Assembly (NCBI GenBank): GCA_963713975.1
Contig: OY970218.1
Span: 1,344,001-1,408,000 of the forward strand
From: an uncultured Chloroflexia bacterium
Lineage (GTDB): Bacteria > Chloroflexota > Limnocylindria > Limnocylindrales > CSP1-4
Length of the DNA stretch: 64,000 nucleotides
Direction: 5' to 3'
Part shown: positions 1 to 10,375 of the stretch, in pieces
Layout: every line of letters starts with the position of its first letter
Numbering within the stretch: position 1 is the first letter of the stretch
Program-made: the position numbers and the translations under genes
The notes under the pieces: generated by a model
Seen by the model: the letters and a program-made list of their open reading frames with translations, nothing else
Database searches by the model: none
Told to the model about the DNA's origin: nothing

Positions 1-5
1 GCCCG

Positions 6-824
6 ATGAAGGACGGCGTCATCGCCGACTACGTCATCACCGAGGCCATGCTCCGATTCTTCATCGGCAAGGCCACCAAGGGCCGCATCGGATTCTCCCG
101 GCCCGAGGTAATGATCAGCGTCCCGGCCGGGGTCACCTCCGTCGAGAAGCGCGCGGTCAGAGACGCCGCCCTCAAGGCCGGCGCCAAGGACGCGTTCCTG
201 ATCGAGGAGCCGCTGGCAGCGGCGATCGGCGCCAACGTCCCGATCAGCGGGCCGTCCGGAAACATGATCATCGACATCGGTGGCGGCACGTCCGAGATCG
301 CGGTCATCTCGCTCGGCGGGATCGTCGTGTTCAACAGCCTGCGGGTCGGGGGCAACAAGTTCGACGAGGCGATCACCTCCTACATCCGCAAGAAGTACAA
401 CCTGATGGTCGGCGAGCGGACGGCGGAGGAGGTCAAGATCCAGATCGGCACGGCCCTGCCGCTGGAGCGTGAGCTCACGATGGAGGTCCGCGGCCGCGAC
501 CTGATCGCCGGCCTGCCCCGCACGATCCCGATCACGTCCTCCGAGGTCATGGAGGCCATCGAGATCCCGCTCCAGCAGCTGGTGGCGGCGGTGCGCATGG
601 TCCTCGAGCAGACCCCGCCCGAGCTCAGCTCGGACATCATCGACAAGGGCATGGTCATGTCGGGTGGCGGATCGCTGCTGCGCAACATCGACAAGCTGCT
701 GACCCAGGTCACCGGGGTCCCCTGCCACGTGGCCGAGAACGCGCTCAACTGCGTCGCCCTGGGGACCGGCCTCGCGCTCGAGCACTTCGACTTCTTCAAG
801 AAGTCCCTGGTCTCGCAGATCTAG
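6..824 (+). CDS. mreB: Rod shape-determining actin-like protein MreB/Mbl (5' truncated by window)
   Basis: [29 protein letters not shown] and SGGGSLL motifs typical of MreB. Confidence 0.95.
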   Translation: MKDGVIADYVITEAMLRFFIGKATKGRIGFSRPEVMISVPAGVTSVEKRAVRDAALKAGAKDAFLIEEPLAAAIGANVPISGPSGNMIIDIGGGTSEIAVISLGGIVVFNSLRVGGNKFDEAITSYIRKKYNLMVGERTAEEVKIQIGTALPLERELTMEVRGRDLIAGLPRTIPITSSEVMEAIEIPLQQLVAAVRMVLEQTPPELSSDIIDKGMVMSGGGSLLRNIDKLLTQVTGVPCHVAENALNCVALGTGLALEHFDFFKKSLVSQI

Positions 825-849
825 GAGCGCGAGTGCCATCCGGCGGGTC

Positions 850-1587
850 GTGGCGGTGAGCCGGGGAGCGCGGGCGTTCGTCGATCTGCACTGCCATACC
901 TCGGCGAGCTTCGACTGCCTGGCAAAGCCCGAGAGCGTGGTCCGGGCAGCCGTCACTCGTGGAATCACCCACCTCGCGATCACCGATCACGACACCATCG
1001 ACGGGGCCCTCCTGGCGCGCGACGCCGCGCCCGAGGGTCTTACCGTGATCGTGGGCGAGGAGGTGAAGACGGCGGACGGCGATCTGATCGCGCTGTTCCT
1101 CGAGCATGCAGTTGCACCCGGGCAGCCCGCCGCGGAGACGATCGCCGAGGTTAGGGCCCAGGGCGGTCTGGTTGGCATCCCGCACCCGTTCGACAAGTAC
1201 CGCGGCTCGATGCTCAATGACCCGCGGCTCGAGGCCGTGGGCGGGCTCGTGGACTGGGTCGAGGCGCACAACGCGCGGGTGGTGGGCGGGACCGGCAACG
1301 AGCAGGCAGCGGCCTTCGCCCGGGAGCTCGGGCTGCCTGGCGTCTCGGTGTCGGACGCGCACAGCACGCTCGAGGTCGGCGTCGCCTACACCATGCTCGA
1401 AGGAGACCCGTCCACGCCGGAGGGGCTGCTGGCGGCCCTGGCCACGCTCGAGCTGGTTCGCGGCCGCGCAACCTACTTCGTGCGGCTGTGGACGCCCGTG
1501 GCCAAGGGGATCCAGCGGATCCGCGGCAATGGCCGCCGCCGGCCGGAGACCGGGGACCCGCAGGACCAGGCCGGGCGCGCCCGATGA
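850..1587 (+). CDS. PHP-domain metal-dependent phosphoesterase
   Basis: DLHCHT, ITDHD, PHPF and SDAH PHP motifs. Confidence 0.9.
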   Translation: MAVSRGARAFVDLHCHTSASFDCLAKPESVVRAAVTRGITHLAITDHDTIDGALLARDAAPEGLTVIVGEEVKTADGDLIALFLEHAVAPGQPAAETIAEVRAQGGLVGIPHPFDKYRGSMLNDPRLEAVGGLVDWVEAHNARVVGGTGNEQAAAFARELGLPGVSVSDAHSTLEVGVAYTMLEGDPSTPEGLLAALATLELVRGRATYFVRLWTPVAKGIQRIRGNGRRRPETGDPQDQAGRAR

Positions 1588-2801
1588 CCGAGCCCGAGGG
1601 GCAGGACCATCGGCCGGTAGAGGGTGACGCCGCCGATCCGGTACGGTCCGATGCGATGGAGATCGGTGCGGAGCTGTCCGCCTCTAGCCCCCGGCCGGCA
1701 GGCAAGTCCGGCGCGATCCCCGCCGCTGCGCCCGGCGCGACCCCGGCCGACCCGGGCGTCATCGACGACGCGGTCGAGCGCGTCTCCCTGAGCAGCCGGC
1801 TGCGCCAGACGAAGACGATCGTCTCGATCCTCGTCCCGCTTGCCTTCATCGCCTTCTTCGTGGCTCTCAACGGCGCAACGCTGTCCAAGGTGCCGGGCCT
1901 GATCGCCGGTGCGAGCCCGCTGCTCGTCCTCGTGGCGTTCCTGGTCTTCTATGCGGGCTTCCCCCTGCGCGGCCTTCGCTGGGCAATGCTGCTCCGTGGG
2001 ACGGGGTTCAAGATCATGGTCAGGGACTCAACGGAGATCCTGTACCTGTCCTGGCTCGTGAACTGCCTCATCCCCGCCAAGCTCGGCGACGTGTACCGCG
2101 CCTATCTCCTGCGGATCAACAGCGATGCCTCGCTGAGCCGGACCTTCGGGACCGTGTTCATCGAGCGGGTCCTGGATATCTTCACGATCGCGTTGCTCGG
2201 CATCGCCGCCGGGTTCTGGAGCTTCCGCAACGGGCTCCCGCCGGAGATCCAGGCGGTCTTCGCGGTCGCGCTCGTGATCGTGGTCCTCCTTGCGGCGGCC
2301 CTGTTCACCCTCCGCAACTTCGGGCGCCGGATCCTGGTCGCCATGCGCTTCCTCCCCACGCGGATCGTGGAGTTCTACGACCGCTTCGAGCAGGGGGTGT
2401 TCGGCGCCCTGCAGCGCAAGCAGCTGCCACCCCTGGGCCTGCTGAGCATCGCCATCTGGATGACCGAGGCCCTCCGGCTCTACTTCGTCGTGCTGGCCCT
2501 CGACTTCCCGGGCGTGGAGCTCGGCATCTCAGGGGCCGTGTTCGTCGCCCTGATCGGCTCCCTCCTCACGGCCGTGCCCCTGAGCCCGGCCGGCCTGGGC
2601 ATCGTGGAGGCCGGGATCGTGGGCGTGCTCACCCTCGTCTACGGCGTGCCCCTGGCGGAGGCGACCGCGATCGCCCTCCTCGACCGGGTGATCAGCGTGT
2701 TCTCGGTCATCGTGTTCGGGTCGATCCTGTACGCGATCTCGGGCAAGCCGCGCGGCGAGGGGCTTTCGCATCCGACCGAGGCCGTCGCCCCCGCGACCTG
2801 A
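1584..2801 (+). CDS. Lysylphosphatidylglycerol synthase TM / flippase-like membrane protein (UPF0104)
   Basis: RW..LL, N.LIPAKLGDVYRAY, ERVLD and P.SPAGLGIVEAG motifs; ATG at 1584 overlaps upstream TGA. Confidence 0.85.
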   Translation: MTEPEGQDHRPVEGDAADPVRSDAMEIGAELSASSPRPAGKSGAIPAAAPGATPADPGVIDDAVERVSLSSRLRQTKTIVSILVPLAFIAFFVALNGATLSKVPGLIAGASPLLVLVAFLVFYAGFPLRGLRWAMLLRGTGFKIMVRDSTEILYLSWLVNCLIPAKLGDVYRAYLLRINSDASLSRTFGTVFIERVLDIFTIALLGIAAGFWSFRNGLPPEIQAVFAVALVIVVLLAAALFTLRNFGRRILVAMRFLPTRIVEFYDRFEQGVFGALQRKQLPPLGLLSIAIWMTEALRLYFVVLALDFPGVELGISGAVFVALIGSLLTAVPLSPAGLGIVEAGIVGVLTLVYGVPLAEATAIALLDRVISVFSVIVFGSILYAISGKPRGEGLSHPTEAVAPAT

Positions 2802-2996
2802 CCCGGGTCGGACGACCGGGACCCCCTGCCCCGATCGGGCTACGCCTGCACGCCACACGACCCCACCACACCGCCCGAACGTGTCGACGCGGGTGCACCG
2901 GCCACAGGTACCAACGGGGGATTGGGCGGACGCACCATCGGTCCGACACTGCAGTCATTCCCGCCTATGGCATGCGGGACCTAGCCCAGAGCGAGC

Positions 2997-3551
2997 ATGA
3001 CGACCGACAACGGCCGCGCCTTCAACGAGTGGCTCCGAGCCCAGCTCAAAGCCAAGAAGATGTCGCAGCGCCAGCTGGCGCAGCAGTCGGGTGTGGACCA
3101 CTCGACCATCTCACGCCTCATCCGTGGGGACCGTATGCCGTCGCTCGGCACGGCCACCAAGCTGGCCAGGGGCCTGCGCGAGATCCGCGACGACGCCGAC
3201 ACGAGCACCGCGCTGGGCGTGGTCTCGGTCGGGCCGCAGAACCCCACGGCACGCGTCGAATACTCGCTGCGCGCCGACGAGGCGCTCACCGAGGCCCAGG
3301 TCCGCCAGATCATGGAGTACTACCTCGCCGTGCGGGTACGCCGCTTCGCGCGGACGTACTCGAGCGTCGGGACCTCCGAAACAGGCAGTAGCGGCAATAG
3401 CGCCGCATCTGCCTCGGGCACCGTGTACGGGCGAGCCGCGGGAGCGGTTGGCACGGTCGGTGCACCCACGGTCCTGCGCGCAGCCCCACCTCAGCGCTAC
3501 GGAGCGCCGCGACCCGCGGTGCGTCCGGTGCGGCCTCCGGGCCGCCCCTGA
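2997..3551 (+). CDS. XRE-family helix-turn-helix transcriptional regulator
   Basis: MSQRQLAQQSGVDHSTISRLIRGDRMPS HTH. Confidence 0.9.
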   Translation: MTTDNGRAFNEWLRAQLKAKKMSQRQLAQQSGVDHSTISRLIRGDRMPSLGTATKLARGLREIRDDADTSTALGVVSVGPQNPTARVEYSLRADEALTEAQVRQIMEYYLAVRVRRFARTYSSVGTSETGSSGNSAASASGTVYGRAAGAVGTVGAPTVLRAAPPQRYGAPRPAVRPVRPPGRP

Positions 3552-3606
3552 ACCGAATTCCAGGGCACAGGCTCGCTCCACCCTCCTGGAGTGGGTCTCG
3601 GGGACA

Positions 3607-3638
3607 GCGAACGCCGGTCTGCAGGGGCCGGCGTTCGC
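3607..3638. terminator. Stem-loop between convergent genes, probable bidirectional terminator
   Basis: GCGAACGCCGG...CCGGCGTTCGC inverted repeat. Confidence 0.65.
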
Positions 3639-3671
3639 GATTCCGCGGACCCCAGTTGCAGGCGCCGGCGA

Positions 3672-5351
3672 TCAGGGGAGGTAGGCCGCGTAGACGGAGA
3701 TCACGCGCCGCGACCCGGCCTCGAACCGGCTGCGGAGGACGAACGTCCCGCGGTAGGGGTCGTCGGCGAGCCAGGCATCCTCCGCCGGGCCGCCGCAGGG
3801 CGCACCGACGACATCGTCGAACAGCGGGTCGCACACCAGGACGGCCATCGGCGTCTCCGCGGTGACCCCGGCGGGCAGCACCTTCGCACCGCGGCGCTCG
3901 AGCGGGAAGCGGAGCGCGTCGGCGGACTTGAACGATGGGATGCCGTCGAGCAGGAACGTGTCCCCGCCCGTGACCTCGAGCACGCGTGCCGCGGCCTCGT
4001 CGGCAAGGGGCCAGCCTCCATCGGCGGCAACGGCGGGCGGCCATGCCGTGACCTCGATCACGACGAGCACGGTGGCGAGCCCGAGGGCGGTCAGGCGCCC
4101 GGCGACAAGGCGTCCCGCGACCAGGACGCCTCCGGCCCGTCCGGCGCCGCCCACGGCCGGTCCATCGCCCGTGGGACGGGCCGGGCTCGCCAGCCCCGTT
4201 GCCAGCCGCGCCAGTCCGACACCCGTGAGCGCCAGCACGATGGGGTCCAGGAACGCGTGGTAGTGATCGTTGGGGAGGTCCGGGACCACCACCGCAAGGC
4301 TCGGGGCGAAGACCGCAAGGGCCACGACGGAGAACGCAAGCGCTCCCACGAGCCACCGGCCGGCGGCTACGTCCACCGGGGCAGCATCGCGCGCCGGCGG
4401 CTCGGTCACGGGCGCCGGCGGCCCGCCAATCCGTCGCCGCCCCAGGATCGCGATCGTGCCCACCAGCGTGACGATGATCGCCGTCACCAGCGAGACCCAG
4501 ATGCGCTCCGTGATGAGCCCCGTGAACGGCCAGGTGATCGCTCGGAGCCCTACGGTCACGACGCGCTCCGCCACGCCGCCCGCTGCTTCCCGCCCGCCCC
4601 CGGCCGCGTAGCCCAGGATCGCGCGTGACTCCGCGAACCCGTTCTGCAGCTCGTAGGCGGCCAGTGGCACGTAGCTGGCGGCGATCAGGAGCACTGCGCC
4701 CAGCCCGCCACGGAGCACGCCCGTCGTCGCCTGCCCGGCGCGGTGGCGCCGGACCAGGTCAGCGCCCCATGCCCACGCGAGCGGGACCACGATCACGACG
4801 CCCAGCACGTGGCACTGCATCGTGACCGCGGCGCCGATGCCTGCCAGGAGCCACCAGCGGGCCCGGCCGGTGCGACGCGCCATGATCGCCCCGGCGAACG
4901 CGAGCGCCGCGGCGACGGGGATGAGGTTGGGGTTCCAGATGAAGGTGGACTCGTCGATGCCGGCCGGCGAGAGCGCCGCGAACAGCCCGGCCGCGACCGC
5001 GGCCAGCGGGCCGCCGATGAGGCGTGCGAGCCACCACGTCGCCGCCACGGCGGCGATGCCGAACAGGGCGATCTCGCCGGTCACCGCCACCGGGTCCGCC
5101 GCCGACGCGATCGCGGCCGGGGCGAGCAGGTAGTAGTAGATGGCGCCGTGGTGGAAGGTGCCGATCGACGTCTTCGGTCCCAGGAGCGGGATCTCGCCGT
5201 CCACAGCCATCGCCCGCAGCACGAGCATGTCGTGCCCCTGGTCGGCATCCCAGCGTCCGCGCTCATCCAGGCCCGGCAGGCGTGTGAGCGCCGCCAGCAG
5301 CAGGATGGCCACGAGCAGGCCGGCCTCGAGCCAGCGGCCGCGACCCGTCAT
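3672..5351 (-). CDS. GT-C fold glycosyltransferase (GT39/ArnT/PMT-like)
   Basis: Multi-TM; DADQGHD after TM1; GPKTS...HGAIYYYLLAP; IWNPNL. Confidence 0.8.
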   Translation of the reverse strand: MTGRGRWLEAGLLVAILLLAALTRLPGLDERGRWDADQGHDMLVLRAMAVDGEIPLLGPKTSIGTFHHGAIYYYLLAPAAIASAADPVAVTGEIALFGIAAVAATWWLARLIGGPLAAVAAGLFAALSPAGIDESTFIWNPNLIPVAAALAFAGAIMARRTGRARWWLLAGIGAAVTMQCHVLGVVIVVPLAWAWGADLVRRHRAGQATTGVLRGGLGAVLLIAASYVPLAAYELQNGFAESRAILGYAAGGGREAAGGVAERVVTVGLRAITWPFTGLITERIWVSLVTAIIVTLVGTIAILGRRRIGGPPAPVTEPPARDAAPVDVAAGRWLVGALAFSVVALAVFAPSLAVVVPDLPNDHYHAFLDPIVLALTGVGLARLATGLASPARPTGDGPAVGGAGRAGGVLVAGRLVAGRLTALGLATVLVVIEVTAWPPAVAADGGWPLADEAAARVLEVTGGDTFLLDGIPSFKSADALRFPLERRGAKVLPAGVTAETPMAVLVCDPLFDDVVGAPCGGPAEDAWLADDPYRGTFVLRSRFEAGSRRVISVYAAYLP

Positions 5352-6310
5352 GGGGTGTGGTCCTCGGCGGGGGCGCTCCGGCTCTTCGAGCTGCGGGTGT
5401 GGAACGCGGCGGCCGGCAGGTCCTCCAGCGGGCGGCCCTGGGCGAGATCCTGGACACGGGCGATGTTGACCGCGTCGTAGCCGTCGTCCATCCCGGGCGT
5501 CTCGACGATGTACAGGACATGGTCCAGGGCGGGGTGCACGACCACCCGCGCCAGCCCGGTGCCACCGATGCGGCCGGCCCCAACGTGCTCGTGCCGGTCG
5601 GCGTTGGAGCCCCGCTCCGCCCGCGAGTCGTTCAGGTGCACCATGTGGAGGCGATCGAGGCCGAGCCGCGCATCCAGTTCCTCGAGCGTCGCGTCCACGC
5701 CTTCGGCCGTGTCGATCGGGTAGCCGGCGCCCCAGAGGTGGGCGGTATCCAGGCAGAACCCGTAGCGCTCGCGGCCGATGCCCGTTCCCGCGATGGCGTG
5801 ATCGATGTCGCGCAGCTCCTCGATCGTGGCGCCCAGCCCGAAGCCGCTCCCGGAGCCGTTCTCCAGCACGAGGACCACGTCGGGCGCCGCGCCATCTACC
5901 GCGTCCAGCACGGTCCGGACGCCCACGGCGAGGCGCTCGGTACCGACGACGGGTCCATCGCCCCGGTGTGACCCGATGTGCACGTTCACGAACCGGGCTC
6001 CGTACGCACCTGCCACGCGGAGCTCGTTGACCAGCACGTCCACGGAGCGCCCGTGCGTGTCCGGGTCAGGGCCGGCCAGGTTGACGAGGTAGGGAGCGTG
6101 GATGGCGAGGGGCGCGATGTCCAGCGCGGACAGGCGGTCGCGGAACGCGGGGAGCTCACGGGGCAGGGTGGCGCGGCGACGCCAGGACGTCGGATTGTCG
6201 GTGAAGACCTGGAGGGCGGACGCGCCGATCTCGGCCGCGCGATCCGCAGCCTTGACCATCCCGTGACCCAGCGGCAGGTGCGCCCCAAGGCGCCGTCCGT
6301 TCGGAAGCAT
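5348..6310 (-). CDS. nfo: Endonuclease IV (AP endonuclease family 2)
   Basis: LGAH, QVFT.NP, HAPYLVNLA, HIGSH, LEN, CLDTAHLW, HLNDS, DRHEHVG; start at MLPNGRR (6310). Confidence 0.92.
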   Translation of the reverse strand: MLPNGRRLGAHLPLGHGMVKAADRAAEIGASALQVFTDNPTSWRRRATLPRELPAFRDRLSALDIAPLAIHAPYLVNLAGPDPDTHGRSVDVLVNELRVAGAYGARFVNVHIGSHRGDGPVVGTERLAVGVRTVLDAVDGAAPDVVLVLENGSGSGFGLGATIEELRDIDHAIAGTGIGRERYGFCLDTAHLWGAGYPIDTAEGVDATLEELDARLGLDRLHMVHLNDSRAERGSNADRHEHVGAGRIGGTGLARVVVHPALDHVLYIVETPGMDDGYDAVNIARVQDLAQGRPLEDLPAAAFHTRSSKSRSAPAEDHTP

Positions 6311-6381
6311 GTTCTCGAAGGGTAGCCGAGCGTCGTCCGCCCGGAGGCGGCGTGTCAGCCTCCTCGGTAGAATCCGGCGTG

Positions 6382-7053
6382 ATGGACGCCGCACTACTTG
6401 CCGGTCTGCGCGCGCTCGTCGACCGGCACCGGCTGCGCATCGTGGCCCGACTGGCCGCATCGCCGACGGCCGCCGAGACGCTGGCCGAAGAGCTCCGCCA
6501 GCCACTGCCCGCCGTCCGGCGCCACCTCGAGATCCTGCTCGAGGCGGGTCTCGTGGAGCAGCCGGCCGATCAGCCTGAGCTGTTCCGGGCGCGGCTTGAT
6601 CGCGTCGGCCGGCTCGTTCGCGGCCTGGCCGACCTGGATCGCGAGGCGAATGGCGGCAGCCGCGGACCCGAGGGCGAGTGGCCGCACGATGGCGAGCCAC
6701 TGGCCGACACCCTCGCCCGTCTGGCGCCGACGCCAGCCGAGGCGAAGACGCTGCGGGCGCACCTCGTGGATGGGAGGCTCGTCACCATCCCCGCCCAACC
6801 GAAGAAGCGGCAGATTGTCCTGAGGTTCCTGCTCGAGCGGGTGTTCACGGAGGACCGTGATTACCCCGAGAAGGAGGTCAATCAGCGGATCGCGCTGTTC
6901 CACCCGGATGTCGCATCGTTGCGCCGGTACCTCGTGGACGAGGGGTATGTCGACCGCGCGGCAGGACGCTACCGGCGCCGGGCGCCACGACCGGACCGGC
7001 CGGCCGAGGGGAGACAGGACCAGCGGCACGAGGAGCGCCCCCCGGAGCCGTAG
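6382..7053 (+). CDS. ArsR-like wHTH plus DUF2087 domain protein
   Basis: N-terminal RLRIV..L HTH; C-terminal IPAQPKKRQIVL...YPEKEVN...DVASLRRYLVD. Confidence 0.85.
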   Translation: MDAALLAGLRALVDRHRLRIVARLAASPTAAETLAEELRQPLPAVRRHLEILLEAGLVEQPADQPELFRARLDRVGRLVRGLADLDREANGGSRGPEGEWPHDGEPLADTLARLAPTPAEAKTLRAHLVDGRLVTIPAQPKKRQIVLRFLLERVFTEDRDYPEKEVNQRIALFHPDVASLRRYLVDEGYVDRAAGRYRRRAPRPDRPAEGRQDQRHEERPPEP

Positions 7054-7086
7054 TCGCCGCCCGCCCTGGGCTCGGCCGGCGCGTAG
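6956..7086 (+). repeat. Left copy of diverged direct repeat (DUF2087 3' end plus decayed hpf 3' end)
   Basis: 6956-6993 matches 10376-10413 at 35/38; 7021-7086 aligns with 10471-10533. Confidence 0.85.
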
Positions 7087-7106
7087 CCCGGCCGAAGGGC
7101 GCTTCT

Positions 7107-10100
7107 CTACGGCTGGACGATGGGCACGTAGCCCGTGGAGGTCGTGACGGCGCCCTCGAACCCTCCCATGCCACCGGTGAAGTCGAGTGCGACGGGCGTC
7201 CCCGACCCGTCTCGGATGATCGTCACGGGGATGGACCCTCCTTCATCCGTGTAGCTCTGCGGAGCCCCTCCGTAGAAGTGCACGTAGGTGCCGGTTCCCT
7301 GGAAGCCAAAATAGAGCGCGGTCGACGTGTCCGTGAGGAGGGATGCCTGCACGAGCGCGTTGCCGGAGAACGTGTTCTGCCAGGTGGGTAGCGCCTGGTT
7401 GCTCGAGCCGTTCCAGATGCAGGCGTAGTCGAAGACGCTGTACACGTACGTCCCGCCAGTCACGAGGACGAGGATCGTCCCGTCGGACTGCAGGTGCGCC
7501 GATGCGGCCACCTCGAGCGTGCCACTCCCGAATCCCCCAGAGGTCAGCGGGTTCTCGAGGCAGTCACTGTCAGTGATCGGGCCGGGGTATGCAAACTGGG
7601 CGTGGATCGTCGCCGAGTCCGAGTCATTCCCGAGAACGGCGATCGACAGCGCCTTCGTGGCGGTCTCGCCCCATTCGGGATCCTCGACCTGCACGGTGAC
7701 AGGGAACGATCCGGCCTTGGTGGGTGTCCCTGAGATCGTGCCGTCGGGGTCGAGCGTGAGCCCGTCCGGGAGCTGGCCGCTTGTGATCGTCCAGACGAGC
7801 TCGTCGGCGGGACGGTTGGCCCCGAGGACGACGGAGTAGGCCGTATCGAGGTCGGCGCCGGGCAGCGACTCGGTCGTGATGCGCAGGCTGTCCTCGACGA
7901 TCGCCAGCTCGAAGAATCCGCTCGAGGAGCCGAGCGTGTGGCCGACGTCGGCGGTGAGCATGAAGAACCCAGACTCCTCGGGGGTGCCGGCGAGCAGACC
8001 GGTCGGCGACAGCGACAGCCCTTCGGGAAGGACGCTGCCGGCGGCGAGCGAGTAGACGGGGTTGCTCGCTCCATCGGGGATCTGGACGGCGAGCTGCTCG
8101 GAGTAGGGTTGGCCGGTCGTGCCGTCGGGCAGGGTCGTGGTCTCCTCGCAGGGAAGCGGTGTCGGGATGTGCGTGCTCGCCAGGAGGTACGGGCTCCCCG
8201 CCAGCGCCCACTCGTTCTCCACCTCCAGGTCGATGTTGGCGAGGGGCTCAAGCATCTCGCCGAACCAGTCGGACGGCTTGAGCGACACCTTGAGCTTCGC
8301 GGGCTGCTCGAGCTTGAGATTGGGGTTCTTGCACGGCGCGAGCGTCGCGGTCAGCCCCGACTCGAGCGCAAGTGTCGGCGCAACGACCCCGTAGAGGAGG
8401 AATCCGACCGACGGTTTGAGCGTGAAGCTAGCCTCGAGCTTGCCCTCCAGCTCGGTGGTGAGGTTGCCGGTGAACAGCGCCTCGCTGTCGAAGTCGACCG
8501 AGCCGCTCGATCCGGGCTCGATGTCAATCTTGACGACGCCGGACATGCTGCCGGTAGCCGAGGCACTCGCCGTGAGCTCGACCTCCGCCTTGCCCTCGAG
8601 CTTGGCTTCGATGCTCACCTCGGGCCTGACGACGACAGGCACTGGTCCCACGAAGATGACCTTGGTCCCAAGCGAGTAGTCGTCGAGGAAGGCAAAGGTC
8701 GCGTTGCAGGCGACGGTGCCAGTGGCCGAGAACTCGGCCCCGAGCTCGCCCTGGAGGCCGAGACCGGCGCGGATGTGTGCCTCCTCGTCATCCCACGTCG
8801 CATTGAACACGACGTCCGGTTCAAGGCTGAAGACTGGCTTCACCTTCAGGACGGGGTCGTCGTCGCCGGAATCGGAAGGACAGCCGAACCGGAAGCGGCC
8901 CGGTTCGGCGATCGTCCCCACGGCGCCTCCCGCCGCGGCCGCGATGCCCGCCGCGGTAGCGGAGCCCTGCGCGCGGGCTCGGCCGTGCGCGCGGGCACTG
9001 CCGGAGACCATGCCGGAGACGAGGCTGGTGGGGATCGCCTCGATGAAGCCGTCCGTGGTGGTCGGCTCGAAGTCCGGCAGCTCGAGATCGGAAGGGTCGA
9101 AGGAGAGGCTGATCTCGCCCTCCGGCATGGCGTCCGACAGTGTCGCCGGCTCCGTCGTCACGACCAGGGCGCCGTTGGCACAGGCTCCGATCGAGAGCAC
9201 GCGGCGAAGCAGGCCGTCGGGCGTGTGCTCGCCGACCGAGGCCGCCAGCACGTCACCGGGCGTGAGCGGCGTGGGGCCGTCCGCGACATAGCAGGGCAGG
9301 GTTACCGACAGGGCCCCAGCCGGATCGCCCGACGCGCCGAGCACGGCCGGCGGGGCGATCACCTTCGTCGTGACGGGGGCACCGTTGCCGGCCCCCGAGA
9401 CGGCCGACGTTGCGGCGAGCGAGTCGATCGCGACGAAGCCCACGCCCGTTCCGGGAAGGGCCGTTGGTGTGCCGTCGCGTACCTCGACCCTGCCGGCCAG
9501 ATCAACGAGTGCCCAGCCCTCCGCCCCGAACGAGGCGATGTCCGACACGCGAGGCGCTGATGATCCGCGTGGCCCTCGCTCCCCCTCGGCGTCTCCGAGG
9601 GCGGCCACCGAGCCGTTCAACCGCGCCACCCAGGCACCCTCGCCTGTTGGCGTCGCTGCGATCCCGACCGCCGGCGAAGTGCTCACCGGTGCGTCGGGAA
9701 TTGGCTGCGCCCCACCGAGCTCCTGGACTTCGCCGTCTGAGCGCAGCGCCCAGACGCCGTCGCCGCCCGGGGCAATCACGATGTCGACGAGCGGCGGGAA
9801 CAGGTGCGACCGGCCGCCGGCGGGCCCGCCGACCGGGTCGGCGTCCCCCAGTGCGCGGACCGTGCCGTCGAGGAAGCCGACGTAGGCGCCACGACCGGTC
9901 TGCGTGAGCACGATCGCGGTTGGGAACGCGAACAGACGCGGGAAGCTCACGCGGCTGAAATGCGCAGCGTCGCCGTAGGACGTGATCGTCCCACCCACGT
10001 CGAGCGTCACATAGCCGCGGCCCGACGGCGACAGCGAGAGATCGACGACCTGCAGCGTCGGCTTGCGCGCGAACGCAGGCACATCCACCGACCGGGTGGC

Positions 10101-10232
10101 CCCCGTCGCGGAGACGATCATCACGCCCGAAGGCGCCGCAGACGCGGCCGCAAGCACGCTCGGCCCCCCGACGAGCACGCCGAGAGCGGCGCACAGCGCG
10201 AACACGTGACGGACTGCCGGATGCCGACTCAT
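7107..10232 (-). CDS. Large secreted/surface protein: signal peptide, beta-propeller-like repeats, beta-rich core, two putative Ig (He_PIG-like) domains
   Basis: Signal peptide; repeats like IAATPTGEGAWVARLNGSVAALGDA; LPEGLSLSPTGLLAGTP and LPDGLTLDPDGTISGTP. Confidence 0.8.
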   Translation of the reverse strand: MSRHPAVRHVFALCAALGVLVGGPSVLAAASAAPSGVMIVSATGATRSVDVPAFARKPTLQVVDLSLSPSGRGYVTLDVGGTITSYGDAAHFSRVSFPRLFAFPTAIVLTQTGRGAYVGFLDGTVRALGDADPVGGPAGGRSHLFPPLVDIVIAPGGDGVWALRSDGEVQELGGAQPIPDAPVSTSPAVGIAATPTGEGAWVARLNGSVAALGDAEGERGPRGSSAPRVSDIASFGAEGWALVDLAGRVEVRDGTPTALPGTGVGFVAIDSLAATSAVSGAGNGAPVTTKVIAPPAVLGASGDPAGALSVTLPCYVADGPTPLTPGDVLAASVGEHTPDGLLRRVLSIGACANGALVVTTEPATLSDAMPEGEISLSFDPSDLELPDFEPTTTDGFIEAIPTSLVSGMVSGSARAHGRARAQGSATAAGIAAAAGGAVGTIAEPGRFRFGCPSDSGDDDPVLKVKPVFSLEPDVVFNATWDDEEAHIRAGLGLQGELGAEFSATGTVACNATFAFLDDYSLGTKVIFVGPVPVVVRPEVSIEAKLEGKAEVELTASASATGSMSGVVKIDIEPGSSGSVDFDSEALFTGNLTTELEGKLEASFTLKPSVGFLLYGVVAPTLALESGLTATLAPCKNPNLKLEQPAKLKVSLKPSDWFGEMLEPLANIDLEVENEWALAGSPYLLASTHIPTPLPCEETTTLPDGTTGQPYSEQLAVQIPDGASNPVYSLAAGSVLPEGLSLSPTGLLAGTPEESGFFMLTADVGHTLGSSSGFFELAIVEDSLRITTESLPGADLDTAYSVVLGANRPADELVWTITSGQLPDGLTLDPDGTISGTPTKAGSFPVTVQVEDPEWGETATKALSIAVLGNDSDSATIHAQFAYPGPITDSDCLENPLTSGGFGSGTLEVAASAHLQSDGTILVLVTGGTYVYSVFDYACIWNGSSNQALPTWQNTFSGNALVQASLLTDTSTALYFGFQGTGTYVHFYGGAPQSYTDEGGSIPVTIIRDGSGTPVALDFTGGMGGFEGAVTTSTGYVPIVQP

Positions 10233-10375
10233 CGCTCCTCCTCGGGGACCTCGCAGGCGACAGCGATCTCGACAGGGGATTTGCTCGCTCGCCTCTGCGC
10301 CATGGAGCCGACGCTACGGCGTGCCGCCCGCTCGCGATAGTGCGGATCTCCACACGAAATCGACGCCGGCCAGGG

